Below are positions 52,418-62,338 of a stretch of DNA of 64,000 nucleotides, in pieces. The stretch comes from Gallionella sp. Lineage in GTDB: Bacteria; Pseudomonadota; Gammaproteobacteria; Burkholderiales; Gallionellaceae. Position 1 is the first letter of the stretch, and the number at the start of each line of letters is the position of its first letter. Position numbers and translations under genes: made by a program. The DNA lies in NCBI GenBank assembly GCA_041671725.1, contig JBAZAY010000007.1:7253-71252 (forward strand), read 5' to 3'. The notes under the pieces were generated by a model, which was not told the DNA's origin, made no database searches, and saw only the letters and a list, made by a program, of their open reading frames with translations.

Positions 52418-55084
52418 TCAGGCTCTCCAACGGCGAATCAGTGCTTTTTCCATCTCGACCACAATATACAGAAGCACACCGAAACCCATAATGCGGCCCC
52501 ATGCCAGCGCATCAATGGTTGCGACACCGAACAGACCCTGCAGCAAAGGCAGGCAGGTAAAAATCACCTGAATGACAGCCAGAATAGCAACGAAAAATAA
52601 CACATAGAAATTGCCGGTGAAATCCTGCCAGGTGCGCACAGGCAACAGCAGATAGCGGCAGTTAAACAGATACGCCATTTGTCCTGCCACCAGCGCATTG
52701 ACGACAACGGTTCTGCCTTCCTCGATACTCACGCCGCGTCCGATCTCCCACCAGAACAATGCGACCGGCCCGCCGGTGAGCAACAGTGACACAAAGCCGA
52801 TACGCCAGATCATAAAGCCGGACAGGATGGGCTCATCGGGTGCGCGAGGTGCACGGCGCATCACCCCGGGTTCTGACTTTTCGAACGACAAGGCCAGCGC
52901 CAGTGTTACCGCCGTGACCATATTCACCCACAGGATTTGCACCGGCGTGATCGGCAGCGTCATGCCCAGCAGGATCGCGATCAGCACGATACCGGCCTCG
53001 CCGCCATTGGTAGGGATGATAAATACGATGGCTTTCCTGATATTGTCGTAGACAGTCCGCCCCTCTTTCACCGCGTGCGCTATGGTGGCAAAATTATCAT
53101 CGGCCAGCACCACTGCAGCAGCTTCCCGGGCGACCTCCGTTCCCTTCATGCCCATCGCCACACCCACATCGGCACGCTTGAGTGCAGGCGCATCATTCAC
53201 ACCGTCCCCGGTCATGGCGACGACTTCGCCATTATTCTGCAAGGCGGTGACCAGGCGCAACTTATGTTCCGGACTGGCGCGAGCAAATACATCCACATCC
53301 TGTACCGTCTGGCGTAATGCTTCGTCGTCCAGCGCATCCAGCTCACTGCCTGTCAGCGCACGACCGTTGCCTATATCCAGTTGAGCTGCGATGGCCAGCG
53401 CCGTTGCAGCATGATCGCCGGTTATCATCACAACGCGGATTCCCGCAGCCTGACATTCGTGCACGGCAGCGATCGCTTCTTCGCGCGGCGGGTCGGTGAT
53501 ACCCACCATGCCGAGCAGTGTAAATCCGGTTTGCACATCAGCGAAGGTCAATTCGCTTTTTCCGCTCGCAACTTCTTTCATTGCCATGGCCAGCACGCGT
53601 TGCCCGCGAGCACCGGTCTCGTTCATCTGGCCCTGCCATTGCGGCAGATCAAGCGGCATATCCCCGCCCATATCACGCTGCCGGTTACACATCCCAAGCA
53701 CCTGTTCTGCCGCGCCTTTTACGAAAGCAAAGGCGTGTCCGGCATGATCGTGATGAAGGGTGGCCATAAAGCGGTGCGCCGACTCGAAAGGGATGAGGTC
53801 GGTACGCGGTAGAGATTCACGCTCAAACACGTTATCCAGTCCCGCTTTCAAAGCCAGCGTGATCAGCGCCCCCTCGGTCGGATCGCCCGCGATGCTCCAT
53901 GTCCCGTCCCGCTCATGCAGCTCGGCGTCGTTGCACAGCAACCCGGCGCGAAACAGGTCCAATATCCCGGCAGGAATACCGACATCCTTGCCTGCAATGG
54001 CAAAACCGCCATGCGGCGCATAGCCGGTACCGCTCACCTCGAACATGTGATCTGCGGTAATGACACGCTGCACGGTCATTTCGTTGCGGGTCAACGTGCC
54101 GGTCTTGTCGGTGCAGATCACTGTCACCGAGCCCAGCGCCTCGACTGCGGGCAAGCGACGGATGATGGCGCAGCGTTTCGCCATGCGCTGCACACCGAGT
54201 GCGAGCGTGATGGTCAGCACGGCAGGCAGCCCTTCCGGAATCGCCGCCACCGCCATACTCACGGCCGCGAGGAACATGTCGGCCATATCGAATTGATGCA
54301 CCAGCCAGCCGAATAAAAAGCTGCTCGCGGCCAGCGTCATGATGGCAATAGTCAGCCAACGCCCGAACACGTCTATTTGCCGCAACAGCGGCGTGGTGAG
54401 CACCTGCACTTCTTCCAGCAAGGTGCTGATACGCCCGATTTCGGTGTTGCCGGCAGTAGCGATGACCACCCCGGTTGCCTGTCCATAGATGACCAGTGTG
54501 CTCGAATAAGCCATGCAGTAACGATCGCCGAGCACTGCCTGTTCCTCCACCGGTGCAATCGCTTTTTCCACCGCCTCGGATTCACCCGTAAGACTGGCTT
54601 CCTCGATGCGAAGATTTTTTACCGAGATTAAGCGCAGATCTGCCGGCACCTTGTCGCCGGATTGCAGCAGCACGATATCACCGGGCACCAGCGCTTCTGC
54701 CGCAATGACCGCTCGCCTGCCCTCACGCAGCACGGTTGCCTCGGGGGACAGCATGCGCCGGATGGCATCCATCGCCTTTTCGGCTTTGCCTTCCTGAATA
54801 AATCCGATGATCGCGTTGATCAGCACCACACCGACGATTACGCCGGTATCCAGCCAATGCGCGAGTATTGCTGTCACCGTTGCCGATGCCAGCAGCACAT
54901 AGATCAGCAAGTTGTGGAATTGCAGCAAGAAGCGGATCAGCGGGCTGCGTTTCATATACGGAGCAAGGCGGTTCGGGCCATATTGAACAAGCCGCAGCGC
55001 GGCCTCTGCATGGCTCAGCCCCTGCACATTGGAAGCTTGCGCATCCAGCACTTCCTGCTCTGTGAGATGATGCCAATCACTCAT
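52418..55084 (-). CDS. Cation-transporting P-type ATPase (P2-type, Ca2+/Mg2+-like)
   Basis: TGES, PEGLPAV, the phosphorylation site CTDKTGTLT, MITGD and the hinge TGDGVNDAPALK. 888 aa with 10 predicted TM helices. Confidence 0.92.
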   Translation of the reverse strand: MSDWHHLTEQEVLDAQASNVQGLSHAEAALRLVQYGPNRLAPYMKRSPLIRFLLQFHNLLIYVLLASATVTAILAHWLDTGVIVGVVLINAIIGFIQEGKAEKAMDAIRRMLSPEATVLREGRRAVIAAEALVPGDIVLLQSGDKVPADLRLISVKNLRIEEASLTGESEAVEKAIAPVEEQAVLGDRYCMAYSSTLVIYGQATGVVIATAGNTEIGRISTLLEEVQVLTTPLLRQIDVFGRWLTIAIMTLAASSFLFGWLVHQFDMADMFLAAVSMAVAAIPEGLPAVLTITLALGVQRMAKRCAIIRRLPAVEALGSVTVICTDKTGTLTRNEMTVQRVITADHMFEVSGTGYAPHGGFAIAGKDVGIPAGILDLFRAGLLCNDAELHERDGTWSIAGDPTEGALITLALKAGLDNVFERESLPRTDLIPFESAHRFMATLHHDHAGHAFAFVKGAAEQVLGMCNRQRDMGGDMPLDLPQWQGQMNETGARGQRVLAMAMKEVASGKSELTFADVQTGFTLLGMVGITDPPREEAIAAVHECQAAGIRVVMITGDHAATALAIAAQLDIGNGRALTGSELDALDDEALRQTVQDVDVFARASPEHKLRLVTALQNNGEVVAMTGDGVNDAPALKRADVGVAMGMKGTEVAREAAAVVLADDNFATIAHAVKEGRTVYDNIRKAIVFIIPTNGGEAGIVLIAILLGMTLPITPVQILWVNMVTAVTLALALSFEKSEPGVMRRAPRAPDEPILSGFMIWRIGFVSLLLTGGPVALFWWEIGRGVSIEEGRTVVVNALVAGQMAYLFNCRYLLLPVRTWQDFTGNFYVLFFVAILAVIQVIFTCLPLLQGLFGVATIDALAWGRIMGFGVLLYIVVEMEKALIRRWRA

Positions 55085-55201
55085 TTACCCCCCTTGCCAA
55101 CGGATCGCTTTCATGTCGGCGGTTTTTCATGCTGCTGTAGGCAAGTCCGTCGCTTTTTCCACAGCATACTTGCATTCAGATGCGCTCAGCACGCCAATAC
55201 A

Positions 55202-55543
55202 TCAATGGTCGGTTGACCAGTTGTATCCCTGCACGATGCCGCGTACGTCATATTTGATTTGCAACGTTTTTAGCCGGGTACCGGAAACATTGGATAAGTT
55301 TCCGGCGGCGAAATAGTACGTCCACTCATCGAAGCGCTGGCCGTCGGTCTCTACCCTGACGCCGGTGCTTGTCGGCGAGCCTAGCCAGGAACGCACCTGA
55401 TTTTGTGAAGTCGTGCCACGTTCGACTTTCTCGGTAAACATTTTTACGTCGAAATCACTGCCAACGTGAAATGTCGTGGCGCTACAAGAGGCAAGCAAAA
55501 CGGCGACAATGACAATCTGAATGCTGCGAACAAGGTATGACAT
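55202..55543 (-). CDS. SmpA/OmlA (BamE-like) lipoprotein
   Basis: MSYLVRSIQIVIVAVLLASCS has the lipobox LASC. GTTSQNQVRSWLGSP resembles the BamE motif. AGGAGA RBS before ATG 55543; the longer ORF-track start is rejected. Confidence 0.65.
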   Translation of the reverse strand: MSYLVRSIQIVIVAVLLASCSATTFHVGSDFDVKMFTEKVERGTTSQNQVRSWLGSPTSTGVRVETDGQRFDEWTYYFAAGNLSNVSGTRLKTLQIKYDVRGIVQGYNWSTDH

Positions 55544-55857
55544 GGTTTCTCCTATCATTCCGGGTGGCTCAGGCGATACTAGCGTATGCCATGACGAGAA
55601 TACACCGGTTTTAACTGCCTGTGATAGAACGTAAACAGAAGCACACTGCGTAGTGCCCGGCCAAGCAGCCGTGCTGCGCAATCCGTGCCATCGAAAACAT
55701 CCATACCCCTGTGGTTTGAATTAAAAATCCGCCATGTATAATCCATCGTCTATCGAACAGTCCACAACGATCCCGGTTGTCGGCCTGATCGACAGGCATT
55801 GGCCGGATTTGTAATGAACGGCCAGACAGATTTCAGTAACCACGGTAGATAGCGAAT

Positions 55858-57627
55858 ATGAGAAGAGTAGCTGCGGCAGTGTTTCTGGTAATGGGGATTG
55901 CCAGCCCCGGTTTTGCATCGACTTTTTTCTTCCCCGGAACGCATCCCAGCTATATTTCAGGTGACGCACCCAACTGGTTGCATGACGGTCACGGCCGCGA
56001 TGGGTATGTCACGATCGTATCCGAGGTGATCCCTGCAAGCAGTTGCGTTCCCTTGTCCAATCACAACTTTTGGGGAGGTGAAAAGACGCAATTGGTGCTG
56101 TCGATCACGACAAATGGCTTCAAAAACAATCTCGATAATGCCGAAATTCCGATTGCGGCATTCGATGGTCGCGATAACGGTTCCGAATGCGCATCCCTCA
56201 GCACCCTGCCTATCAGCGTGGTTCCGCTGGCGCTGCTGGGATCTTTTTCCTCTGCCAATCCCGGCAAGCTCTCTTTGGTTCTGAATGTAAAGAGCTCAAG
56301 CGACTCCAATCAGGATTTCATCGGCTCGGCAAAACTATTGCTGGGCGCGGCCGCGATGGTTGTATCAGGAGGAACGGCCACCGCGATCAGCGGCATTGCA
56401 GCAACCGTCGGCAATCCTGTTTTATCCGAGGCGCAAACCAGAACCAACACGCTGATGCAGGGCATGGTAAATGGGAAAACCCAGATTACCTTGACCTGGC
56501 CAAAACTGCGCAACGGGATACGCACGATTGAAATTCCCGTGTACAGAGCCGAGAGCAGTTTGGGCAGCAGCGCAGACAAGCGGATTCAAGAGCTGCAGGC
56601 TGAAAACAAGACCGAGAAAACCGTCCTGTTTACGGTCAGGCTCTCGTTCAGCTATGCCAGTTCATTGTTTGATCCTGCGACATCGGGTACTGCCGACCTG
56701 CCCAATCCAGACAGCGTCTCTACTGCAAATGTGCTGAATTATCAGATGATGAGCAGTCAGCATAATTTTTTACAAATCCTCAATGATACTTCTCCAAGCC
56801 TGCTGCAAATGACGGCGGCCGCCCAAGGGCGTGATCTGACCAATGCCTGCAGTATCGGGCTAAACAAGCTGACCCGGCTTGGTCTGAGCAATATGGATCT
56901 GGCGATCATTATGAAATCTTTTATTGACGAAGCCAAAGGGGGAGCTGGTTGGTATAACAATCCTGCCATGGTGAAAAATTGTTTTGCCCAGGTGCCTGGT
57001 GTACAAATTTTTCTGGAAAAGCTATACGGTGCTTCAAGTCCAAAATTTGTCATCGGTGATGTGCAGGATGGCATAGGCAAGCCCTATGCTGATTGGCGCG
57101 ATTTAATCGGACCCGCATTATCAAATTTCAGGAAGGCACTGATTGCAAAAGAAAATCGCGCCAGAATCCTGGCCGAATTTAATGGCAGGCATGATATTAA
57201 AGTTTCATTTGCACCGGAGATTCAGGCATGGCCGTCGCCTGCCGCTACCGATCCATCCACAAGCAATCAATATCCCGGCCTGGCAAAACTGGCAAATAAC
57301 GAAATAAAAACAATAGGTTGCTTCATATACAAAGATCCGGAAAATTTAAGCATCCACAACCCGGGAGCCTATTTTATTCTGGAAGGTTCAAATGAAAATT
57401 TCTGGCTTGGCGCGGTGAAATTGTCACCGGTGAATACGGGAGGGAGTGCGGGCGAGATTTCGAGCTTGCATGTATCTGAACTCACGTCAGATTGGGGAAA
57501 ACATTTTGCTTCATACAGTTATCCGGGTGGCGACTGCGCTGAAATCCTGACCCGATTCAACAGGAAAATCCTTGCGAACCTGGACAGCGCAGCGAACGGC
57601 AGTCTTGCTGTGCAAGCAAAACAGTGA
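55858..57627 (+). CDS. Hypothetical secreted 589-aa protein
   Basis: Signal peptide MRRVAAAVFLVMGIASPGFAS. No recognisable catalytic or repeat motif. Uninterrupted ORF. Confidence 0.65.
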   Translation: MRRVAAAVFLVMGIASPGFASTFFFPGTHPSYISGDAPNWLHDGHGRDGYVTIVSEVIPASSCVPLSNHNFWGGEKTQLVLSITTNGFKNNLDNAEIPIAAFDGRDNGSECASLSTLPISVVPLALLGSFSSANPGKLSLVLNVKSSSDSNQDFIGSAKLLLGAAAMVVSGGTATAISGIAATVGNPVLSEAQTRTNTLMQGMVNGKTQITLTWPKLRNGIRTIEIPVYRAESSLGSSADKRIQELQAENKTEKTVLFTVRLSFSYASSLFDPATSGTADLPNPDSVSTANVLNYQMMSSQHNFLQILNDTSPSLLQMTAAAQGRDLTNACSIGLNKLTRLGLSNMDLAIIMKSFIDEAKGGAGWYNNPAMVKNCFAQVPGVQIFLEKLYGASSPKFVIGDVQDGIGKPYADWRDLIGPALSNFRKALIAKENRARILAEFNGRHDIKVSFAPEIQAWPSPAATDPSTSNQYPGLAKLANNEIKTIGCFIYKDPENLSIHNPGAYFILEGSNENFWLGAVKLSPVNTGGSAGEISSLHVSELTSDWGKHFASYSYPGGDCAEILTRFNRKILANLDSAANGSLAVQAKQ

Positions 57628-57752
57628 ACCAACAGCCCTGCACGCAGCAGCACTATTGATATGTTCGTGCCCGGACACGTCCGCACATATGAAATTTATA
57701 GCAGCATTTTCAGCAACTTATAACATTACTATGATTACTATAAAATGCACAC

Positions 57753-58011
57753 GCCACAGAGAACACCGAGATCACAGAGTAAAGCGGGGTAAGCAGGGAT
57801 GATGCCCTGCAGGCATCAACTCGCAAATGGTTTGCAGGGATTTTGCCCTGTGGGCAAGTGGTGTTAGCAGGGATGCCGCCCTCTGGGCGGCAACTCGCAA
57901 AACAAATAGTTATAACAAGTTTTCCAATCACCGTTTGGTGAGTCAACAAAAAGTGAAAAAACCATGTACCTCTCTGTGTTCTCTGTGAGCTCTGTGGCTT
58001 GAACTGCGGTT
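57753..58011. repeat. Family-A element, full-length copy A2 (about 259 bp), inverted relative to A1
   Basis: Begins GCCACAGAGAACACCGAGATCACAGAG and ends CTCTGTGTTCTCTGTGAGCTCTGTGGCTTGAACTGCGGTT. The interior has three GCAGGGAT..CCCT.TGGGC..AACTCGCAAA modules, against two in A1. Confidence 0.9.
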
Positions 58012-58043
58012 TGCAGGGGTTTAAAGAAGCAGCGTGGCGTCAG

Positions 58044-59399
58044 CTATTTTTTAGATTTTTTCGCCTCCGGTGTGCCGAACAAGCCTTCCGCCCACCCGCC
58101 GATTTTTGCCCCGACTGAAGTACCAAACCCCGGTCCCATCAGGACAGTGCCTACCGCCGCCCCTGCCATCGTCCCACCCGTGGGATAAAGTACCGGCGTA
58201 TCGATCGTGCCGGTAACGTTAAGCGGCACGCCGGTGCTGACGCCCAGCGCACTGACCTCTGCGTTGATACGTCCCGACAGCGCTTTCTTGGGCGAGATGG
58301 TCACCTGACCGTCGACAGCCAGTGACCCCGAAGCTATCCTGATTTGCGTGAAATGGTAGCTGCGCTGCGCCAGCACCAGCTGCCCGGACAGCTGCTCGAA
58401 ACGCGTTTCCCCGCCGCTCGTGGCCTGCCCGACCAGACTGGTGGCGGCCTTCTGGATATCAATATCGTGCAGCGCGCCATTTTGCACATTAAAAAACATT
58501 TTCAGCCGCAACGCATTGATGAGCTGATCTGCCGAAGCTGCCGTTGCTGCAAAAGCCGGTTGTGCACTGAGCTTGCCGCTGACATGGACGCCAGGTGACA
58601 GCAAAGAGGCTACTTGCTGCACTTCAATGTGACGTATGTCGAAATTGCCGTTGAGCTGCACCCCCCTCTGCCAGCTAATGGACGTTTTGCCGATGGCTGT
58701 GCCGCCATAGAGTTTGGCGCTCACCACGCCAAAATTGGCATCGTGCCGGGTGACCACCCCCTTGAGGATCAACTCGTCGAACACAAGCGCCGGCCCCGCC
58801 GGCAAGGTCCAGGCTTTCGCACTCGCATCGATCAGGTAGTTTGATTTGTCAGACGGATCAGGCTTGATGAGCGCGCGCAGCTTGCCATCCTGCGTGGCAA
58901 TCGATGCATCCGCCAGTTCGCTCAAGTGGTTCAGGCTGATGTGCGCATTAAGCGGACCCACGCTCACCTTGCCGAAATTGACCAGCACGTTATCAAACTG
59001 AATACTCTCCACCCGGATTTGCTGAGGCGAACGTGCGGCATCCGGCTTGGCCCATGTTGAAATTTTGGCTATCGTCTTCTGCGTCACGGTCACAGAATCA
59101 ATCTCGACGCGCTTGATGACCTTGACAGGCTGCAGCAGCGAGAAAAGATCGGGGGTCACCCGCAACTTGCCGAGCATGATGCCATCCGCCCCCCCCAGCG
59201 CAATACCGTCGAGCGTGACATACGGCAATGGCAGCAAGGTAAACCTGATGCTTTTTATCGATACCGGTTCTTTTAATCTGCTTGAGATTTCCTGCTCGAT
59301 CTGCGGAATGTAATCGTTGAGAGAGATGAAAAAAGGCAGCGCCACCGCAGTTGCAAGCAGCAACACGAAGGCGATCAGTATGCGTTTAAACCATTTCAT
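58044..59399 (-). CDS. AsmA-family protein (451 aa)
   Basis: N-terminal TM anchor ILIAFVLLLATAVALPFF followed by a beta-rich periplasmic domain. It is collinear with aa 931-1322 of the cyclase fusion protein. Confidence 0.75.
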   Translation of the reverse strand: MKWFKRILIAFVLLLATAVALPFFISLNDYIPQIEQEISSRLKEPVSIKSIRFTLLPLPYVTLDGIALGGADGIMLGKLRVTPDLFSLLQPVKVIKRVEIDSVTVTQKTIAKISTWAKPDAARSPQQIRVESIQFDNVLVNFGKVSVGPLNAHISLNHLSELADASIATQDGKLRALIKPDPSDKSNYLIDASAKAWTLPAGPALVFDELILKGVVTRHDANFGVVSAKLYGGTAIGKTSISWQRGVQLNGNFDIRHIEVQQVASLLSPGVHVSGKLSAQPAFAATAASADQLINALRLKMFFNVQNGALHDIDIQKAATSLVGQATSGGETRFEQLSGQLVLAQRSYHFTQIRIASGSLAVDGQVTISPKKALSGRINAEVSALGVSTGVPLNVTGTIDTPVLYPTGGTMAGAAVGTVLMGPGFGTSVGAKIGGWAEGLFGTPEAKKSKK

Positions 59400-59457
59400 G
59401 TATTGGCACCGGTTCCGTTCGACTGTGCATCTTCTGTATAAATACCGTTTCGCTTCG

Positions 59458-60108
59458 CTATTTCATTCCGGATGGCAGCAGGATCGTCTCGCCGGCCACC
59501 CTGAACGCACCTTCACCCTGATGATGTATCGTCTGCGGATGTTTCTGCGCCGGATCCATCCAGGCTTTAACTACCTCAAGAATGAACAAATTGTATTTGT
59601 CGACCATCGCCCCGTCTGCGAGTTTGCATTCAAGACTGGCATAGCACTCGTCGATAAGCGGGGCCTTGATGCACGATGCCGCCACGGCTGTAAGGCCAAA
59701 TTTCTCGAACTTGTCCAGTTCTCGTCCGGAACTGTTCCCGCAGCCCACCACTTTTTCCGCCAGTTCCACCGTCGGGATGTTGATTACGCATTCCCCTGTT
59801 TCCTGCAGGATCTCAAACGTGTAATTCCGGTTGCTGATCACACAACCCACGAGTGGCGGCTCAAATTCGATCATGGTGTGCCAGGACATGGTCATGATAT
59901 TCGCACGCCCGTTAATGCAGGTGGTGACCAGCACGACCGGGCCCGGCTCAAGCAGACCATAGACGCTGCCCAGCGGATAGTTTTTTTCTCCATCGCTACG
60001 CTCCCATTTAGACGGTGCTGATCGACCGCGTGCTGTGCTGCCGTCCCGATTGATCGCCCTTAGCCAGGATTTAGCAGCTTCAAACAGCAAGAGTAAAAAA
60101 GCCCGCAA
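59458..60108 (-). CDS. Flavin reductase-domain protein with an unresolved start
   Basis: LEPGPVVLVTT...ANIMTMSWHT...PPLVGCVIS is the flavin reductase-like core. The only in-frame upstream starts are TTG/CTG inside or next to the ssb terminator. A well-placed ATG (59993) with a GGGAG RBS is one nucleotide out of frame across an A7 run. Confidence 0.7.
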   Translation of the reverse strand: MRAFLLLLFEAAKSWLRAINRDGSTARGRSAPSKWERSDGEKNYPLGSVYGLLEPGPVVLVTTCINGRANIMTMSWHTMIEFEPPLVGCVISNRNYTFEILQETGECVINIPTVELAEKVVGCGNSSGRELDKFEKFGLTAVAASCIKAPLIDECYASLECKLADGAMVDKYNLFILEVVKAWMDPAQKHPQTIHHQGEGAFRVAGETILLPSGMK

Positions 60109-60126
60109 TCTGTTGAGAAGCGGGCT
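60095..60126 (-). terminator. Rho-independent terminator of ssb
   Basis: On the minus strand: AGCCCGC, a 13-nt loop, GCGGGCT, then TTTTTT. Confidence 0.8.
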
Positions 60127-60163
60127 TTGGCTATATTCTTAACAATAGAATATATGGTGGTTT

Positions 60164-60640
60164 TTAAAAAGGAATGTCGTCGTCGAAGTTATCGAAGCTG
60201 CGGCCCTGGCTTGAGGATGGCGCAGGGGCCGGCGGTGCCGATCTTGCAGGCGCCGCAGGACGCTGAGGTGCTGACTGCTGCTCTTCAACCACTTCGAAAT
60301 TGCCGCCGGTCGACTTGCCGCCCAGCATGGTCATTTCGTTGACGATGATGTCGGTGGTGTAACGGTCTTTGCCTTCCTTGTCCTGCCACTTGCGGGTTTG
60401 CAGCTTGCCTTCGACGTAGATCATCGAGCCCTTCTTCAGGTACTCGCCAGCCACCTCGGCCAGACGGCGGTAGAAAACCAGGTTGTGCCACTCGGTCTTT
60501 TCCTGCTTGACGCCGCTCTTATCCTTCCAGTTTTCGGAAGTCGCCAATGTCGCGTTGGTGACCGCCTCGCCATTGGGCATGTAACGGGTTTCCGGATCTT
60601 TACCCAAACGGCCTATCAAAATTACTTTATTTACCGACAT
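60164..60640 (-). CDS. ssb: Single-stranded DNA-binding protein
   Basis: [19 protein letters not shown]-fold, a Gly/Pro/Ala-rich linker, and the acidic tail DDDIPF. Confidence 0.97.
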   Translation of the reverse strand: MSVNKVILIGRLGKDPETRYMPNGEAVTNATLATSENWKDKSGVKQEKTEWHNLVFYRRLAEVAGEYLKKGSMIYVEGKLQTRKWQDKEGKDRYTTDIIVNEMTMLGGKSTGGNFEVVEEQQSAPQRPAAPARSAPPAPAPSSSQGRSFDNFDDDIPF

Positions 60641-60685
60641 GTCATATTCCTTTTATGTTGTCCGCTTTGCGGAGTATTTCTCTTG

Positions 60686-60712
60686 CTGGCTTCCCGCTTC
60701 TGCGGGAATGAC
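60686..60712. repeat. Solo family-C terminus
   Basis: CTGGCTTCCCGCTTCTGCGGGAATGAC is similar to 27247-27273. Confidence 0.7.
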
Positions 60713-60787
60713 GGGCTAATGGATTGTTCTGAATTATAGCCGACTGTCTGCCATCTGTTGATGATGGATTCAACCTGAAAAACGCAT

Positions 60788-60917
60788 TTATCCGCAGATT
60801 AAACGGATTACACAAGATTAAACAAAAGATTATCGATAGTGTCTGGCTAGCCCTTTCGGTGAGATAGCATCATTTGTAAGTGATTATAAATCTGCGTAAA
60901 TCTGTGTAATCAGTGGG
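60788..60917. repeat. Family-D element, second copy (about 130 bp)
   Basis: Begins TTATCCGCAGATTAAACGGATTACACAAGATTAAAC and ends GTGATTATAAATCTGCGTAAATCTGTGTAATCAGTGGG. Confidence 0.8.
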
Positions 60918-60937
60918 CTGAACTAAGGTTTTAAAAT

Positions 60938-62338
60938 TCAATCGCCACCCAGAGGACTATTGGCAGCCGGGGTCACCAGTCGCTCCACGGTTTCCTCATC
61001 AAAGCCTTTCATGTCCACCTTGAGGCAGGCCATGCATTCAGCTGCGACTACCAGTGCTTCCTTCACGCCTTGCAGCTTCGCCAGTTGCAATTGTAATTTC
61101 ACACCTTCGGCGTCTGTCATTTCACCCAAGTGGTACATCTTGGTGCGCACCACGGCCAGCGGTTGCATACCGGACACCACGATCAGCCACAGCAACAACA
61201 GCACGACGGCAAAGATGAACACGGCGTTGTGCCCCACATACTGCATCAGCGCGCCGCCGACTGCCGCACCGAAAAACGCACCCAGGAACTGCACACTGCT
61301 GTACACGCCCATCGCGGTTCCCTTGGCGGCTAACGGGGCGATCTTGGAAATCATCGACGGCAAGGTCGCTTCCAGCACATTGAACGCCGTGAAGAAAATC
61401 AGCAACGCAGCCGCAACACCCCATAAACTGTCTTGCATGAACATTAACATCAGCTGTGCGCACATCGCCAGCGCCACGGCCGCCATGAACACAGGCTTCA
61501 ACTTGGCTTTGGTCTCGGCGATGATAATAGGCGGCACCATCAGCACGAACGCGATCAGCATCACCGGCAAATATATCTTCCAGTGTTCCGATGCCTCAAG
61601 CCCGTCGCGCTGAAGCACGAACGGCACCTGCATGAATACCGACATCAGAATCGCGTGCAGCGAGAAAATACCGAAATCCAGACGCCGCAATTCGGGGTTT
61701 TTCAACACCTCGGCGAACTTGCTGCCATTCGCTTCCGTGTCGCTGTGAAAACGCGTGATCGCAGGATTTGGAATGACGAAACGCACGATCGCCATCGCCA
61801 GCAACGCCAGCACGCCGGTCATCGCGAAGATGCCCGGCACGCCCAGCACGCCGTTGAGCATCGGCGACAGAATCAACGATATCGAAAAGGTAATGCCGAT
61901 GGTCATGCCTATCATCGCCATCGCCTTGGTGCGGTGTTCCTCACGGGTCAGATCGGCGGTAAGCGCCATCACGGCCGCGTTAATCGCACCCGCACCCTGA
62001 ATCGCACGGCCTGCGATCACCCAGTAGATATTATCGGCAGAAGCGGCGATGAAGCTGCCCAGCGCAAAAATCACCAGACCTGCGTAAATGATAGGCTTGC
62101 GCCCGTAACGGTCCGACATCCAGCCGGCGGGAATTTGCAATACCGCCTGGGTCAGGCCATAAGCGCCAAGCGCGATGCCCATCAAGAGATGACTCTCCCC
62201 GCCGGGCAACTTTTCGGCATACAGCGCAAAAATCGGCAAAATGATGAACAAGCCCAGCATGCGCAGGCCATAAATGCCCGCCAGACCGAAGCTGGCACGC
62301 TTTTCGGTCGCATTCATTGATTCGGAAATAGGTTGCAT
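60938..62338 (-). CDS. MFS transporter with an approximately 70-aa C-terminal cytoplasmic extension
   Basis: 466 aa, 12 TM helices. The MFS loop motif GWMSDRYGRKP lies between TM2 and TM3. Confidence 0.85.
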   Translation of the reverse strand: MQPISESMNATEKRASFGLAGIYGLRMLGLFIILPIFALYAEKLPGGESHLLMGIALGAYGLTQAVLQIPAGWMSDRYGRKPIIYAGLVIFALGSFIAASADNIYWVIAGRAIQGAGAINAAVMALTADLTREEHRTKAMAMIGMTIGITFSISLILSPMLNGVLGVPGIFAMTGVLALLAMAIVRFVIPNPAITRFHSDTEANGSKFAEVLKNPELRRLDFGIFSLHAILMSVFMQVPFVLQRDGLEASEHWKIYLPVMLIAFVLMVPPIIIAETKAKLKPVFMAAVALAMCAQLMLMFMQDSLWGVAAALLIFFTAFNVLEATLPSMISKIAPLAAKGTAMGVYSSVQFLGAFFGAAVGGALMQYVGHNAVFIFAVVLLLLWLIVVSGMQPLAVVRTKMYHLGEMTDAEGVKLQLQLAKLQGVKEALVVAAECMACLKVDMKGFDEETVERLVTPAANSPLGGD

